Positions 38,717 to 52,100 of a stretch of 64,000 nt of DNA are shown piece after piece. The notes beneath the pieces were generated by a model. That model did no database searches. It was not told the origin of the DNA and was given only the letters and a program-made list of their open reading frames with translations. Positions within the stretch are counted from its first letter, which is position 1, and the number at the start of each line of letters is the position of its first letter. Source of the stretch: Basidiobolus meristosporus CBS 931.73 (Eukaryota > Fungi > Basidiobolomycota); NCBI GenBank assembly GCA_002104905.1, contig MCFE01000424.1, forward strand, positions 13,587-77,586, in the 5' to 3' direction. Both the position numbers and the translations under genes were made by a program.

Positions 38717-41700
38717 CTTTCATGATGGAGATTTTTAAGCTGTCAAATGACTATTGGATGTTAAAGTGAATTAATCTTACCCCATTTTTCTATTCCAGAT
38801 CGAGTCCAGACCAATGATTGGCTTGCTGGTGAATCTGGTCGAGATATTGAAGTTCAGCCACTCGACGTAATTCCACAATCCATAAGGTTACGGAGAGAGG
38901 AGTTCACAAACTTCCAGATGAACACAAATCGTTCCATTAGGCGAATAAATTAAAGCCAGAGTTGCTGGCATCCCTACAAATTCCAATTCCACGTTGTTCC
39001 CACTGCTTTTGAGATTTGGGGGCAACCTCATGGACCAACTAGCGCATGCTCAGTGAATGATTGGCTAGTGTGGCAAGGCCTGCTAGCACCATATTAAGTG
39101 TTCAGCCTTTCGCATGAACCACTGAATATGGGAAACGCTTTCACGCCATGTGATGTTTGGTATGTCATAAAGGCGGCGATTGAAAGTTACGTTGATATCG
39201 TTTCAGAAGATGATCACCAACAAACCAGTATACATATGACTATTTTATCCTCTTTATATTACCCCCTGGACATGTGAGCAAGCAAAAGTATTAATATTCA
39301 CGCCCTCGCCTACAGAAGTATTCCAACTGCCTAGCATTGAGATCACCATTCTTGTTGAAACTCCACCTCCTATTGATACTCTGTAGATTGTCATCAGTAG
39401 TATACACACATCTAACCCAGCATCATGGCTGATATCATATTTCATCACATGGGTCGCAACACCTTTCCTAACCTTGGCACCGGTACAGAAAGCCCCAAGA
39501 TTCATAGCAAGAACTGCCCATTTTATGGACAAGAAGTATCCAGAAACCACTCTTGTCGAAGGAGAAAGAGTAGCAAATTCCTGTCTGTGCGTAAACGGAA
39601 CCGACACGATGTACGAGATGGCCAGCCATGTATGCATCAGGATGCAACCAAATCAATAAGCCTCACCGAGTCGAATACAAATCTGATAGAGAAGGATGCA
39701 TCATCAAATCACCATTTTGAGACCGGCCAGAACAATAGGCCATTTCTAAAAATTCACCAAAGCGTAAATTGGCTGAGGAGGCTTTGTCATTTTGACAGGC
39801 TGAGACTGAACGCTTCGTAGCACCCGCTTCTCACACCCTTGTATCCTTCAATATTTCATTCTTAGTCTGCTAATAACTTGCGCACTGTTATGACTTTGGA
39901 TTCCTTCACTGTAATCACAACTCTAATACATGTACCACAGAATATAGCCACTCTGTTAAGGTTGTGGAGTAGCGAACTACCATAACGGTGCTATCCCTAG
40001 AACCATGAGTATTTTCGGATGATACCACTGGATCACCACCTGCCACAACTAGCTCATCTTGGCTCACTGATAGCTGTAGATTTTCTTGTCTCAACATGGA
40101 GATAAATATGGCTTCATTGATTCTTCATAATCTTGCCAACATTGCGCATTTTCATGCTTTATATCAGACCAACATTGAAACTCTACCGTTGATTACGCAA
40201 GAACTGCATGTGGAAGCTGCACTGGCTTACTGGCATAGATATTTAGTAGTTTGTGCGAGCAAGTTAACAAGGCACTAAACAAGTGCATCGGTGAATAACA
40301 CGGCCTTAATAGCACTAATATACATCATAACAGAGGCCATTCATATATCGGACATTCCCAGCCAGATTTATGTTCTGATGTTGGTAAAGTGCAAGTGATA
40401 GACAGGGTAGAAATTCACCCATGCAATGTTTTATGTATTGGTGAGGTCTTGAAAATTAGATCTGAGCCAAAATACCAACCTATTAGTTAGTCTCCATAGT
40501 CATGATTCTATGAAATGTAAGTTGATTTGCCAGGCATAGGCTATAGGTGAAGCTAAGGAGTTTTCTGTACCAAGAACTTTTAGACTTGAGGTTTGGTAAA
40601 TTCATCTACTGAAGTCATCCAACATGACAAGTGAGGTGACAATTATGCCCTCAGTCTCGCCTGTAATTACTGGACCCCTCACGGCAAGATGTTTTGTATT
40701 AAATAGTAGTGTCCTGCACATTGATCACTGCTAGCCATCCGGCATACCACAATCAATGGCGTGTATCTACTGGATAAAACGTACACCGGTGCAGATGATT
40801 CGACCATCAAACTCGTCATATGGAAGTGTGGCACCCTTCGTTCTCATCCTCCCTCCTGAACAATGCCATCAATTGGGTGACTGCTGGCAAATAAAATACA
40901 CATGGCTCGGAAACCGATCCAATCTTGATTTTGATGAGGGCTATGTTTGGACGCTGCTAAGAATGCCAAGGTCGACTAGTAGTGAAATGCGGGTAGATCG
41001 AATTTCCCCCCAACATGTTAAATTAACGATCGGAGCTATGTTAGCAATAAACAACTCGCTAATGCTCCGAACATAAACGGGGAGACGCGGTGGTACCGCC
41101 TGATACCTATACCTCAACCTGCCAACATATGACATATGGTGCAAAGCATGGTTGAACGATGTCATGCTGCGTCTAATGTCTTAGCCATTAAATCAATTAG
41201 CTATATGTGGAAACCGGATATATAGACCCATACCAATATCCGGATCATTGTAAGGTGCGATATGCTCTGAAGGGAACGGTGATCCCAGTCACACGTGATG
41301 CATCGTGTAGCTCACTGTGTAAGCCGGAGAACTATTATTAGACTGCATTTATTGTGGTGCGCATTAGAAAATCGTATGGCAGCGACTCCATATTGCATTA
41401 CTACTAAAGAATATGGCTCGTGTTCGTCATTAACCATTTCCTCAAATCCATCAACCGGATTGGCTATGCTGTTGGGGAATAATATTGCACCAACGCTCGC
41501 ACATAGGGAAAATAAAAATACATGTAATGCTATGCGAACTCATAGACACCAATGAGGTAATAAGCATCGCTAAGGCAACTGTCTATGCAGCGGTAGTGCT
41601 TCATCAGATGTATCCTTCAATCCAACGATTAATCGATACTACAGACGCTCACTGCCGGCTACATGTGTAACATACCACTCTGACCTAACACCAATCAAAA

Positions 41701-44164
41701 CCCCCCGCAATAAGCGCCTAAGCCATTGATGTGTAAGCAGCAAGCAAGTGTCTGAATCCAATTAAACCTAGATCAGGTACCCTCATATTTGGGAATGTGA
41801 TACGGCTGTCTAGTGTGCAGTGCTGGTCATCAAGCTCAAGTGCTAAGAGAGAAGTCGAGGAAAACCTCCGATAAGCAATAGGCTCCACATATACCGAATA
41901 GGCCAAACGATGGCGTAGGTACGAGCGCAAGGAAGATTGGCTGTGGAATCGATTTGGCTCGTTGGAGACACGCGTATTATTACGGTGGCATGACCTCCAC
42001 CATGCAGCCATGGACCCGCCAAGTTGGCAAAGATATTTCATAGCGCTCACGTTATCTGAGCGCATTATGATTTGCAGAATGCAAACGAATTATGTGGAAG
42101 TCCATCTAAACTTCATCTCTTCACCGTGATCAATCTGAACTGGTTGGAATTCGCAGCTTCGGTTGAAAAATCGCCTGGTTGTACTGTTTAGTACGTGATG
42201 ACGTGGTGCTCACATATTTTTAGCCAAGTAGGACCACTTAATGGCGTGATTCCGGTATATCTCCCACCTGAATTAGGCTTGAAACCTGGCATATCATGAT
42301 TACTAGTGGCCCCATCTGACTCCTAGTGTACATGGGTCGAATCCTATACTGATCTCCACTCATATGCCGCGAATTTGACACGTCTCTTATTGTTGTCATA
42401 TCAATATATGGAGTGAGTAGAAGCGCACCATTGGTTTCACAGATATAGGGTGCGTAATTGCAAGCTTGGTAACACCGGTGCTCCATCCTGATTTATTCAC
42501 CTCCCTCAATGACCAATTATCAACGGCACATTCTTGAGCAATATATCTTCATCAGAAGCATTACATTAGAAAGAAGCGCAAACTTAATTTAACAAACAAA
42601 CACGAATACTACCCACAGTGACTGCCCATATGAGAAGCTGTCCTTTCCAGTACTTTCGCCGTACTCTGTGTGGTGCACTAGGATTCTGTGGACATTCCAG
42701 ACACCGCGGCTGAGCGCACGCGCGCCGAACGTAAGGCCAGGGATGGTAGGCTCCGAAGCGACGCAAAGCTCCAAGGGCACGAGGTAGCGAGCAATTCGAT
42801 GGCTGTTCTGGATTCGGCGATGGGTGGTGTGCTACATTGTGGATATTCAACAGACTGAAGCAGCCCGTAAATACCTGTCGTAGCAAGGATGAGATCTCCA
42901 TGTAGGAGCCTGTATTCAGGGCTAACTTTATTCAGGATCATTTGTGGAGTGTACCGATTAAACAAACTTTAAACTCTTGAGGAGTCTAGAGTAGAATCGG
43001 AACTACACCACCAAGCTGCGAGCTAATGGCCGGCCGGAGACAGACAATTGGGGAACGCGCTATCATTCCAAGATGGATATCGCAGCAAGCCCTGTATGAT
43101 CGCCATACCAATCTATCGGCCGTTTCAGGCGAAGGAGCCCTACAATTGCCAATATATGTGACAGAGGCTCATCACTTGTCACGCCGTGGGTTTGGTGTGG
43201 TCTTTGATGGTAGCGTGAAAGTATCATTCCAATACTGATCCGTGCCAAATATGTTGTTGCCAATTCGATGGTATTCCCTGGTGTTCTGACTAATAGTTAC
43301 TAATCCCAATGACGGTTTCGGAAATTCCTTATCATCTTGATTTGAAAAGTGCGCTGAGAAAATAGGGGCAATTGATTTTGGAACCTTCCATTCATCTAAG
43401 CAAAGATTATCCAACCTCTGTTCCAAAATGTTGCGTATGTATCCCGCACATAAATTGGCGGGTTCTTGGAAGAGCCATTCCAAGGACCTAGCCCTGTTTG
43501 GCTCGCTGGTGAATCCATTTGTTTGAGGCATCCTTAGTGGCTATGCAATCTTGCCTCAGTGTTCCTATTTTGGATTATGGATATTATGAGAATCCTTGAT
43601 TAGGGCAATAGTTTGGGCCCTTAATGAGAAAATCCTGGATAGTATGTAAGCGTGAGCCCTGATGGTTGGCCTACATCATCCCCGAGTATTTGTGATCAGT
43701 ATTGTTCGTTTGAGGCAAGTGATCAATGACCCTGGTTGATCGAAGCGGCTGCGCTCACTCATTGGCCTGGTCTGGTTATTCGCAGGTGGATTTTTTTCGA
43801 TGGAACTGGGATCACGGTTGGATTTACAATAAATACCCTCCTCCCGTCGTAGCGCTAAATCGTAGGTAGAGCGTAGCGAATAATCTCTCCTAACCTTCCC
43901 CTCAATTCCTATCCAAGCCCGCTTTGGTTCTCCTTAGCACATTAGCTTGTATTTATCTCCCACCCATCTATCTCCAAACTGTTCTGCATACTTCCGCGAA
44001 CTTTTCGTATCTCGCCTGAGTACGTTGTAAATATTTCGATTTAACGTCGAACCAACGTCATAGAAAAGCCCATCCACCAGGAAGTGCGACGAACACATCG
44101 CTGTACATACTTCAATCATTCATTTTTGTCCTCCACTCCATCCGGAAGTTAGTTCCGCACCGCA

Positions 44165-45199
44165 ATGCAATCCTTCGACTTTGCTGCTCACCCCGTTTCT
44201 GAAACGGTAGCATTGCTTGCCGAGTATCTTACCAGTATCGCCCAGCAGAACGATTCGAATATCGTCCATCTATATGACCCAGCAACAAATGCCCCATATT
44301 GCCCTGCATACACACCTTTCCACGCACGTGGAGTCCCCTCCATCGACATTCAGGCGTATCTTACTCGCATTCTCAAGTACTGCTCTTGCTCAAACGATTG
44401 TCTCATCGCCATCATGGTGTACTTCGATCGTTTGACACGCGGGATGGGAGCCAAGGGGCCGCGCAAGTTCGCCGTGGACTCGTACAACGTCCATCGACTG
44501 GTCATTGTTGCCATCATGGTTGCCACCAAGTTCTTCTCCGACGTGTTTTATACCAATGTTAGATACTCTAAAGTTGGGGGGCTCTCTGTCTCCGAGTTGA
44601 ACTTTCTAGAAATGCAATTTTTGGCCCTTCATGAGTTCAATGTCCACATCAACCCCAGTGAGTTGCAGCGATATGCTGACGCGCTGCTGAATAACATCAG
44701 CCCAGTGGCCAGTCCTGCTCCTGCTCCTGCTCCCAAAGCTAGCGAGACTGAATTGGCCCGATTTACCGCGCCAGATACCCAGCCAGCTACGATGCAGACC
44801 TGGACGCCCCCCTCAACACCAACTCCTTCTGGTGAATCCACCCCGATCATCGTGAACTCCAACGAGTTCAAGAATGCCTGTCACTTGAGCAAAAGCTTTT
44901 CATCCGCGGATATTACTATCCCGGTGAAGAAGAGCTTTGTGGAATCCAGGATTGGGACGATTCCTCGCTCCACCCCCACAAGGGCCGACCTCACAAGCCA
45001 CTACTCGTCCTCTGTCCCGCTCAAGTCCCAGCCAAGGAGTAGTGCGCGAAGCCGAGTAGTAAGTACAGAAATGGGGAAATCTATAGATTTGTTGTTTAAG
45101 AAATCAAGTATTCAAAGTGGTAGAACATACGACTCCAATCTCAGTAACATTTTGGGTACAAATACGAGTCGGAATGTTCACGCGTTGAAGTCTTGGTAG
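44165..45199 (+). CDS. Pho80/Pcl-family (Pho85) cyclin, intronless
   Basis: FHARGVPSIDIQAYLTRILKY, VYFDRL, NVHRLVIVAIMVATKFFSDVFYTNVRYSKVGGLSVSELNFLEMQFL; P/S/T-rich C-terminal tail. Confidence 0.95.
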   Translation: MQSFDFAAHPVSETVALLAEYLTSIAQQNDSNIVHLYDPATNAPYCPAYTPFHARGVPSIDIQAYLTRILKYCSCSNDCLIAIMVYFDRLTRGMGAKGPRKFAVDSYNVHRLVIVAIMVATKFFSDVFYTNVRYSKVGGLSVSELNFLEMQFLALHEFNVHINPSELQRYADALLNNISPVASPAPAPAPKASETELARFTAPDTQPATMQTWTPPSTPTPSGESTPIIVNSNEFKNACHLSKSFSSADITIPVKKSFVESRIGTIPRSTPTRADLTSHYSSSVPLKSQPRSSARSRVVSTEMGKSIDLLFKKSSIQSGRTYDSNLSNILGTNTSRNVHALKSW

Positions 45200-47749
45200 A
45201 TTATCCATACATCAATCAAATCTGTTGACCATTTTTGTTCAAATTACTGGTTATTTTCCAACTATGACTAACCCTTAATACATGGGGTTTTCTCGTCACT
45301 TCTTCTATGCTTATTCTAACTAATAAAACCATTGGATCCTACGTACGCGGTGTGGGTATAGGAATCATGGGATTGTTGGCTTTAGGGTAATTGCTGATCA
45401 AGTTGACGATTGTGTACCCATGTGCTGATTGGAGGATGGTGATGGCTCATAGGGTGGGAGTGGCACCTCATTACTGAAGCATATTACGTCGCATTGTTTC
45501 CGTCGGAGGACAAACCTCATTCAGCACAAGCACTTGGATCCCATCAGCGGTGGGGTCTCTGCTACGCTTGATGCGTAGTTGACTGCTGCACACAAGCAAT
45601 TGGTTGCGTATGTGTTGTACAGAGGCACCTGTATAAACCCAAATCGACTTCGGAATGGAATGCCGCAAATGCAGGCCGATGCACCAAGAATGCGTTGGGC
45701 TGGTATATGTCATCGGATTAAATATGGCCAACGCATGATGGAGTTATGGTTAATTGAACCGACACTCCGCCCTGGTATGACCAACCCTCAGCATGTACTG
45801 AAGATTCTTGCGCGTTTCGAAGGAGTTCTCATTTGGCCCCCACGCCTACTGTTTAGCAAGCATTCATTGAGCATCGTGTATAGGACTGCACAATTTGTGC
45901 ACCACAATTGGTAATGCCGGCTTGAGCTCGCCAATAGTCATTTCGAATGAGTATCGGATGATTCTTGTATCGGCTCATGTATATTCGTGAATATTACCCC
46001 ACGTCCTTATGTTCGCTGTACAAATCCATTTCGGTCGATATCCCGACTACTGACTACTTTCATGTGCAAGTTGATTGGGTGTGTAAATATTCAAGTAAAT
46101 AGCCACCAAGGCGGATGTTATGCTGAGGTAGGCCTAGATTATCCACAACAATTTGTTCCCGTTTGGTGAGGTGCGATGGGCTATGTACTCTTTCTGTCTT
46201 AATCGTAGCGCTGTTTCCGGAAGGCTGGTAATCTTCAAATCGATTGCCAAACGTGTGCAATGAGAAGAAATTCGGCACTGGTCGCTTACGTACTTCACTT
46301 CCGTAACAGAAGTGGTACTCTTGCGCATGTCATCTTCGAATGGCGCTAGCCACTCAGGTTTGGATATTGACGCTTGGTAGCATAAACTGTGGAGATGCCT
46401 TGGGTTGATCTTGTATTAGTTATGGCTCAGACGATTGAGGGAGAAACACATGACAGATGAGGGAGCCAGCAGGGTATCCGAGTCAAAGCCACTAAATGGA
46501 ATCTCTAGCTCGAGATCCCAAATGTGGTACTCAGCTAAGTGTGGTAAAAATACGGCTGTCGCAAGGTGCATACTGATGAGAATATCGCCACATTCGCGAG
46601 CCATTAGCAAGTCGTCCACAAATGCTACATCTGGGATTTATTGTAGATTGCAATCTAGGTTGTTTCTGAGATAAAGCTAACAGCAACATGATAAGCATGT
46701 GGCAAAACCTGACGGCCCCATGGCAGAAATAAATATATATGGGTCGATAGTAATTCCTTCTCGGCTTTTCACGTTTCACACCTGTATATATATATATACA
46801 TATTAGTGTCTCACCATAAGGTCGATTTATTTTATCTATCGAAATCCCCAACCTCGAGATCGGCATTGTATGTTTATTGGTAGGGATTGTGACCTCGCTC
46901 ATGATTTCCTTTATCCTGTATCCAGACGTTTTCGAGGAATTGAGGATAAAGAATCTGGGGTGGTGGCTCTGAGAGGCTGCATGTATTGGGCATATTTGGT
47001 CTTGTCGATTGGAGTTCGCGAGAATCCTGTTTGGTAATTGACAGTGAGAAAGTTTGACATGGCATAGGGTGGGGTGTTGCTTTGAGGCCCCCTTACATAC
47101 ACTACGAATCATGGCCGTGGGAGCTTATGCCTTCGAATTGCACCTATAGGTGTTGACTATTAGCTATGGATATTGGATTTTTAGGTTGCATAAGGGAGTG
47201 TGATCAGCATAATGGTATTAAAGGCGAGTCTACTATGTTGCGCCATCTTGCTCACCAACACGCCCTGCTGAGCTCAGGCTGTGTTTCTCTGCATCGTTGC
47301 TAACGCACACATCCAAGAGTCTCCCTTAGCTAGACGAGTTTTTGCCGAATTAGGTATGCTTTTTGCACTTTCATTGTTACTGTGAAACCAATTAGTCTGT
47401 ATGAGAGTCGTTTCTATTCTTATTGGCTCCATACATCAACATCTCGGCATTCCCTCATGCTAAGTATCCATAATGATCAGGTCAAGTTACAATTCTTACA
47501 CTTCATATTATTGAAAAGATATAAATGCGATATTGCACTGTATAATGCCAACAGATGTCGACCATGTTATGGCCTTTGTAGTAATTCGCTGTCTGTATAC
47601 ACTTCTCTATGTTCTGATAGCTTATCGACTTGACTCTAGTGATTAGATATGCTTATTAATTTGCCAATTTTTGAGATATACTGATTTTGATGAAGTTGAC
47701 ACCTGACTAGAAACTGATCTAGATATCTAGCCAACTCTAACCCGGTCTT

Positions 47750-49119
47750 AATGTAAGAGTCTAGGAGAAACTTGATGTGATTCCTACAATATAAGAGGGG
47801 AGACAAAGATACAATTATGGTGATATCTTTATATCGCCAAGTAGTTACTAAAATTGCTTGAACTAAAAAATGAAGAAACCAACTAAGAGTTTTTAAATTT
47901 CCAAAGTAAATAATCTAACTTAAGCTTTGTTTCTTGGGTGATGTCATATAGAATTAGTTGAAGTTTTTCTTGAGAACAGAAAATTGATGAGTCTGGGGGA
48001 ATCACAAATTGTAAGCAAAGCTTATCTATATTGTTGTAATCATTATGCTGTCACCTAAGTACTCATACTAACTCAGGCACATAAATCTAAATTGGTGATT
48101 AGCAATCTGTCATGAACAAATCTCTTGTTGGGATTTACTAAGAGTATTTAGACTAAATTAATGTTGTAAGAGTCTTGGAGATATTGGAAGTGATTTGGAG
48201 AACAAGTAGATTATGTGGCTTTCACTTGATGATTTATTGAATGTAAAAGTAGTATTTATACTTTTACCTGGTCTTGGCATTACAAACACCTAGAATAGGT
48301 TAAGAAAGGTCCCAAGAACATGTGTGCAAAGTTTGGGGCTGTTTGGACAACTTATCTAATTTTCATGTTCTGGGTAAATATTCTAAGTAAATCCCGACAA
48401 GGAATTTGGTCAGTATTCTCTAGAATTTGAGGGTAATGATCTAAGTGACTAAATTAGGTGAATATTTAGGTGGAATTACGAATTTTTACAACAATTTATA
48501 GGTGCACAGACTAAGACCCTTCTCACAGTAACCCAAAAGACCCCAATATTTGCATGCATATTCTTGGTGTTGTAAGACTCTGGGCTGAAGTACAGTCAAG
48601 TAATTGCAAGGTGTAGCTATTGAGCACCATATATTATGTCTTGCAGAGCTCAGAATATCTCATAGCTCTACACTACAGATTTTTAAGATTTAATTATACC
48701 AATGTCATCTTGACGCTGATACTTATTATCCTTGCTATAACATTGCAAGATTGTACTTCTTTGATATTTATTTTTTGGGTAAAGAGTGTGAAACCATTTG
48801 GGTGAGCTTTTCTAAATGAATATCAACTTGTCACACTGATAGATATAAATTTGACTCTATATCTACATCATGACTGCCCACAACAATATGTACTGAACAC
48901 CTGTACTTTTCATGATATATTCAAGGCATATCCTAACAAAGCATATAGGCAGGCATAGTTAAGTTCATAAGCTATGATAAGATTAGATTAATATATGTAT
49001 ATAGTGTTGTAAGAGTCTTGGAGATATTGGAAGTGATTTGGGAGGACAAGTAGATTATTTGGTTTTCACTTAATGATCTATTGAATGTAAAAGTAGTATT
49101 TATACTTTTACATTGTCCT
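47750..49119. repeat. Cluster of nested copia-family LTR fragments, including an inverted solo LTR at 48162-48493 and an inverted partial LTR at 49005-49119
   Basis: Solo LTR TGTTGTAAGAGTC..TTTACAACA with flanks ATTAA/ATTTA sits inside an older + strand LTR (starts ~48033, resumes at 48494); a further diverged LTR start lies near 47753. Confidence 0.8.
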
Positions 49120-52100
49120 TTTTGTAAATATGTGTATTTCCACCTAAATGCTCACCTAACTGAGTCACTTGGATCTTTACCTTCAAATCCTAGAGAATAC
49201 TGACCAAATTCCTTGTTGGGATTTACTTAGAATATTTTCACCAAAATACCAGGTACCCAGAACAGGATAATTCTCAAAGTTGTCCAAACAGCCCCAAACT
49301 TTGCGCACATGTTGTTGGGACCTTTCTTAACCTATTCTGTGTGTTTGTAATGCCAAGACCAGGTAAAAGTATAAATACTACTTTTACATTCAATAAATCA
49401 CTAAGTGAAAACCACATAATCTACTTGTTCTCCCAATCACATCCAATATCTCCAAGACTCTTACAGCAGGTTATGAGCCCCAAGCTGTCACTCTCTGCAA
49501 TATCTACTACTACTATTACTGGAATTTTTCCCTCTGCTGAAAAGTTGGATGGATCTAACTATCAAGTGTGGAAGGTGAAGATGAAGATGCTGCTACAAGA
49601 AAGAGGCCTTTGGGATATTGTCATGGGAGAAGAATGCCCTCCTAAAAACATGGGAGAGGAAGCCTTAAAGTACCAGAAGAACGAACAAAGTGCCTTTTGT
49701 TATAAAAATTTGTATTTCCACCTAAGTATTCACCTAACTTAGTCACTTAGATCATTACCTTCAAATCCTAGAGAATACTGACCAAATTCCTTGTTGGGAT
49801 TTACTTGGAATATTTTCACCAAAATACCAGGTACCCAGAACATGAAAATTCTAAAGTTGTCCAAACAGCCTTAAACTTTGCACACATGCTCTTGGGACCT
49901 TTCTTAACCTATTCTAGGTGTTTGTAATGCCAAGACCAGGTAAAAGTATAAATACTACTTTTACATTCAATAAATCATTAAGTGAAAACCACATAATCTA
50001 CTTGTTCTCCCAATCTCTTCCAATATCTCCAAGACTCTTACAACAGGTTATGAGCCCCAAGCTGTCACTCTCTGCAATATCTACTACTGCTATTACTGGA
50101 ATTTTTCCCTCTGCTGAAAAGTTGGGTGGATCTAACTACCAAGTGTGGAAGGTGAAGATGAAGATGCTGCTACAAGAAAGAGGCCTTTGGGATATTGTCA
50201 TGGGAGAAGAATGCCCTCCTAAAAATGTGGGAGAGGAAGCCTTGAAGTACCAGAAGAGAGAACAAAGTGCCTTTAACTGCATTTGCCTTAATGTCAAGGA
50301 CAAATTGCTAATTCAATGCTCAAGAGCAAAACGGCAAAGAATGCCTGGAAGGCATTAGAAGACACCTACCAGTCATGCTCAGCTGCCAAGAAAATGTATC
50401 TGAGACAAATATTCTTTACTACAAAGATGCTGCCAGGAGAAGAAATGAAATATCTAATTAACAGAATTACCCTGCTAGTAGATGAGATGGAATCTGTGGG
50501 TGTACCAACTGCTGATAAGGATGTGATAGTTACCATCCTGAATAGCATGACAGACAAGTTTCAGGGCCTTGTATCAGCCCTAGAGTCCAGAACTGAAGAT
50601 TTGACCTTAAATTATGTATATGGAAGGCTCCTGGATGAAGAATTAAGAAAATCAAGCGCCAAGAAGAAGGAAGAAGAAAATGCTTTAATAAGCAATGATA
50701 ACCAACAAAGGAGGTACCCAAGGCCCTACAATGGCAACAGCAACCTGTTTTGTAACTACTGCAAAAGGAAAGGACACACATCAGACCGGTGTCTCAAAAA
50801 GAGAGATTATCAGCAAGAAAAGCCTGAATATGGAAATGCTGCAACAACTGAAGATAGACTATTCATATCTGCCCTAAATATGATCACAAACAAGGATACT
50901 CAGATGTGATATATTGACTCTGGAGCTTTTCAACACTTTACACACCAAAAAGAACTTTTTACCCAATATCAAGAAATTCCAATTAAGAAGGTTTTCATGG
51001 GTGACAATAGAACACTTGATGCAGTGGGAGAAGGAACTATCCAAGTAAACCTTAGAAGCAGTGAAGGAAGGCATACACTGACCTTTGAAGAAGTACTCTA
51101 TGTACCAGAAATAGCCAAGAACCTACTCTCTGTAAGCAAGGCCACAGCAGAAGGACTCAGTTTCAGTTTTGACAATTCTGGATGCAGGATCACTGATCAA
51201 AATGGTGCCCATACTGCTTTGGGCATCAGAGATTACAATCTATACAAGTTGACTTATATTCCATCATATTTGGAAGCCAATATAAGTAACTTAAATGAAG
51301 AAACACCAATGCTTTGGCACAGGAGATTTGGACACATCAATTTGATTATTTGAGCAAAATGATCAAAGATCAGCAAATTTCTGGAGTGAAAATTGATCTC
51401 CCAGCTAATTTGGAGCACTGTGAAGCCTGCATATATGGGAAACACGCCAGACAACCGTTCAAGAGCTCTGGGTTGATCAAAGCTAAGAAAAAATTAGATC
51501 TAATTCACTCTGATCTGTGTGGACCTATGCAAAATTTATCCTTGGGTGGGATGAAGCATTTAATCACTTTTATTGATGATTATACAAGATGCACATGGGT
51601 CTACTTCATGGAGAGAAAGGAAGAAGCTCTGTCTAAGCTCAGGGAGTTTAAAGCCATGGTGGAGAGAGAAACTGGTGAAAAAATCAAGAAAATACGCTCT
51701 GACAATGGTGGAGAATATACCTCAAAACTCTTCATCCACTTCAGCAAAATTCATGGGATAAAGCAAGAGACTACTGTACCATACTCCCCACAGCAAAATG
51801 GAGTAGCAGAGCAAGCTAACAGATCAATAATTGATATGGCAAGATCTATGATCCATGATCAAAAATTATCCTATGATTTTTGGGCAGAATCAGTTGCCAC
51901 TGCTGTATATCTTAAAAATAGGAGTTATAACAGAATACTTTGTGATTCTACTCCATTTTAAGCATGGTATGGATATGGACCAAGTGCAGAACATCTAAGA
52001 ATATTTGGGTGTACAGCATATGCCAAAAAACTGCCTGGAAATCAGTAAAAATTTGAGCCAAAAAGTGAAAAATGCATATTTTTGGGCTACTGCCATGAGA

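Noticed and set aside
38800-44100. Many 60-130 aa ORFs between INTS2 and the cyclin
   Set aside because: No recognisable motifs, consistent codon bias or splice chain; left unannotated, although a diverged gene or pseudogene cannot be excluded.
49341-50045. Gag ORFs apparently starting inside the LTR (MFVMPRPGK.., also 8118 and 49918)
   Set aside because: ORF-finder extension from GTG/ATG codons in the LTR; the likely start is the ATG inside the PBS (MSPKLSL).
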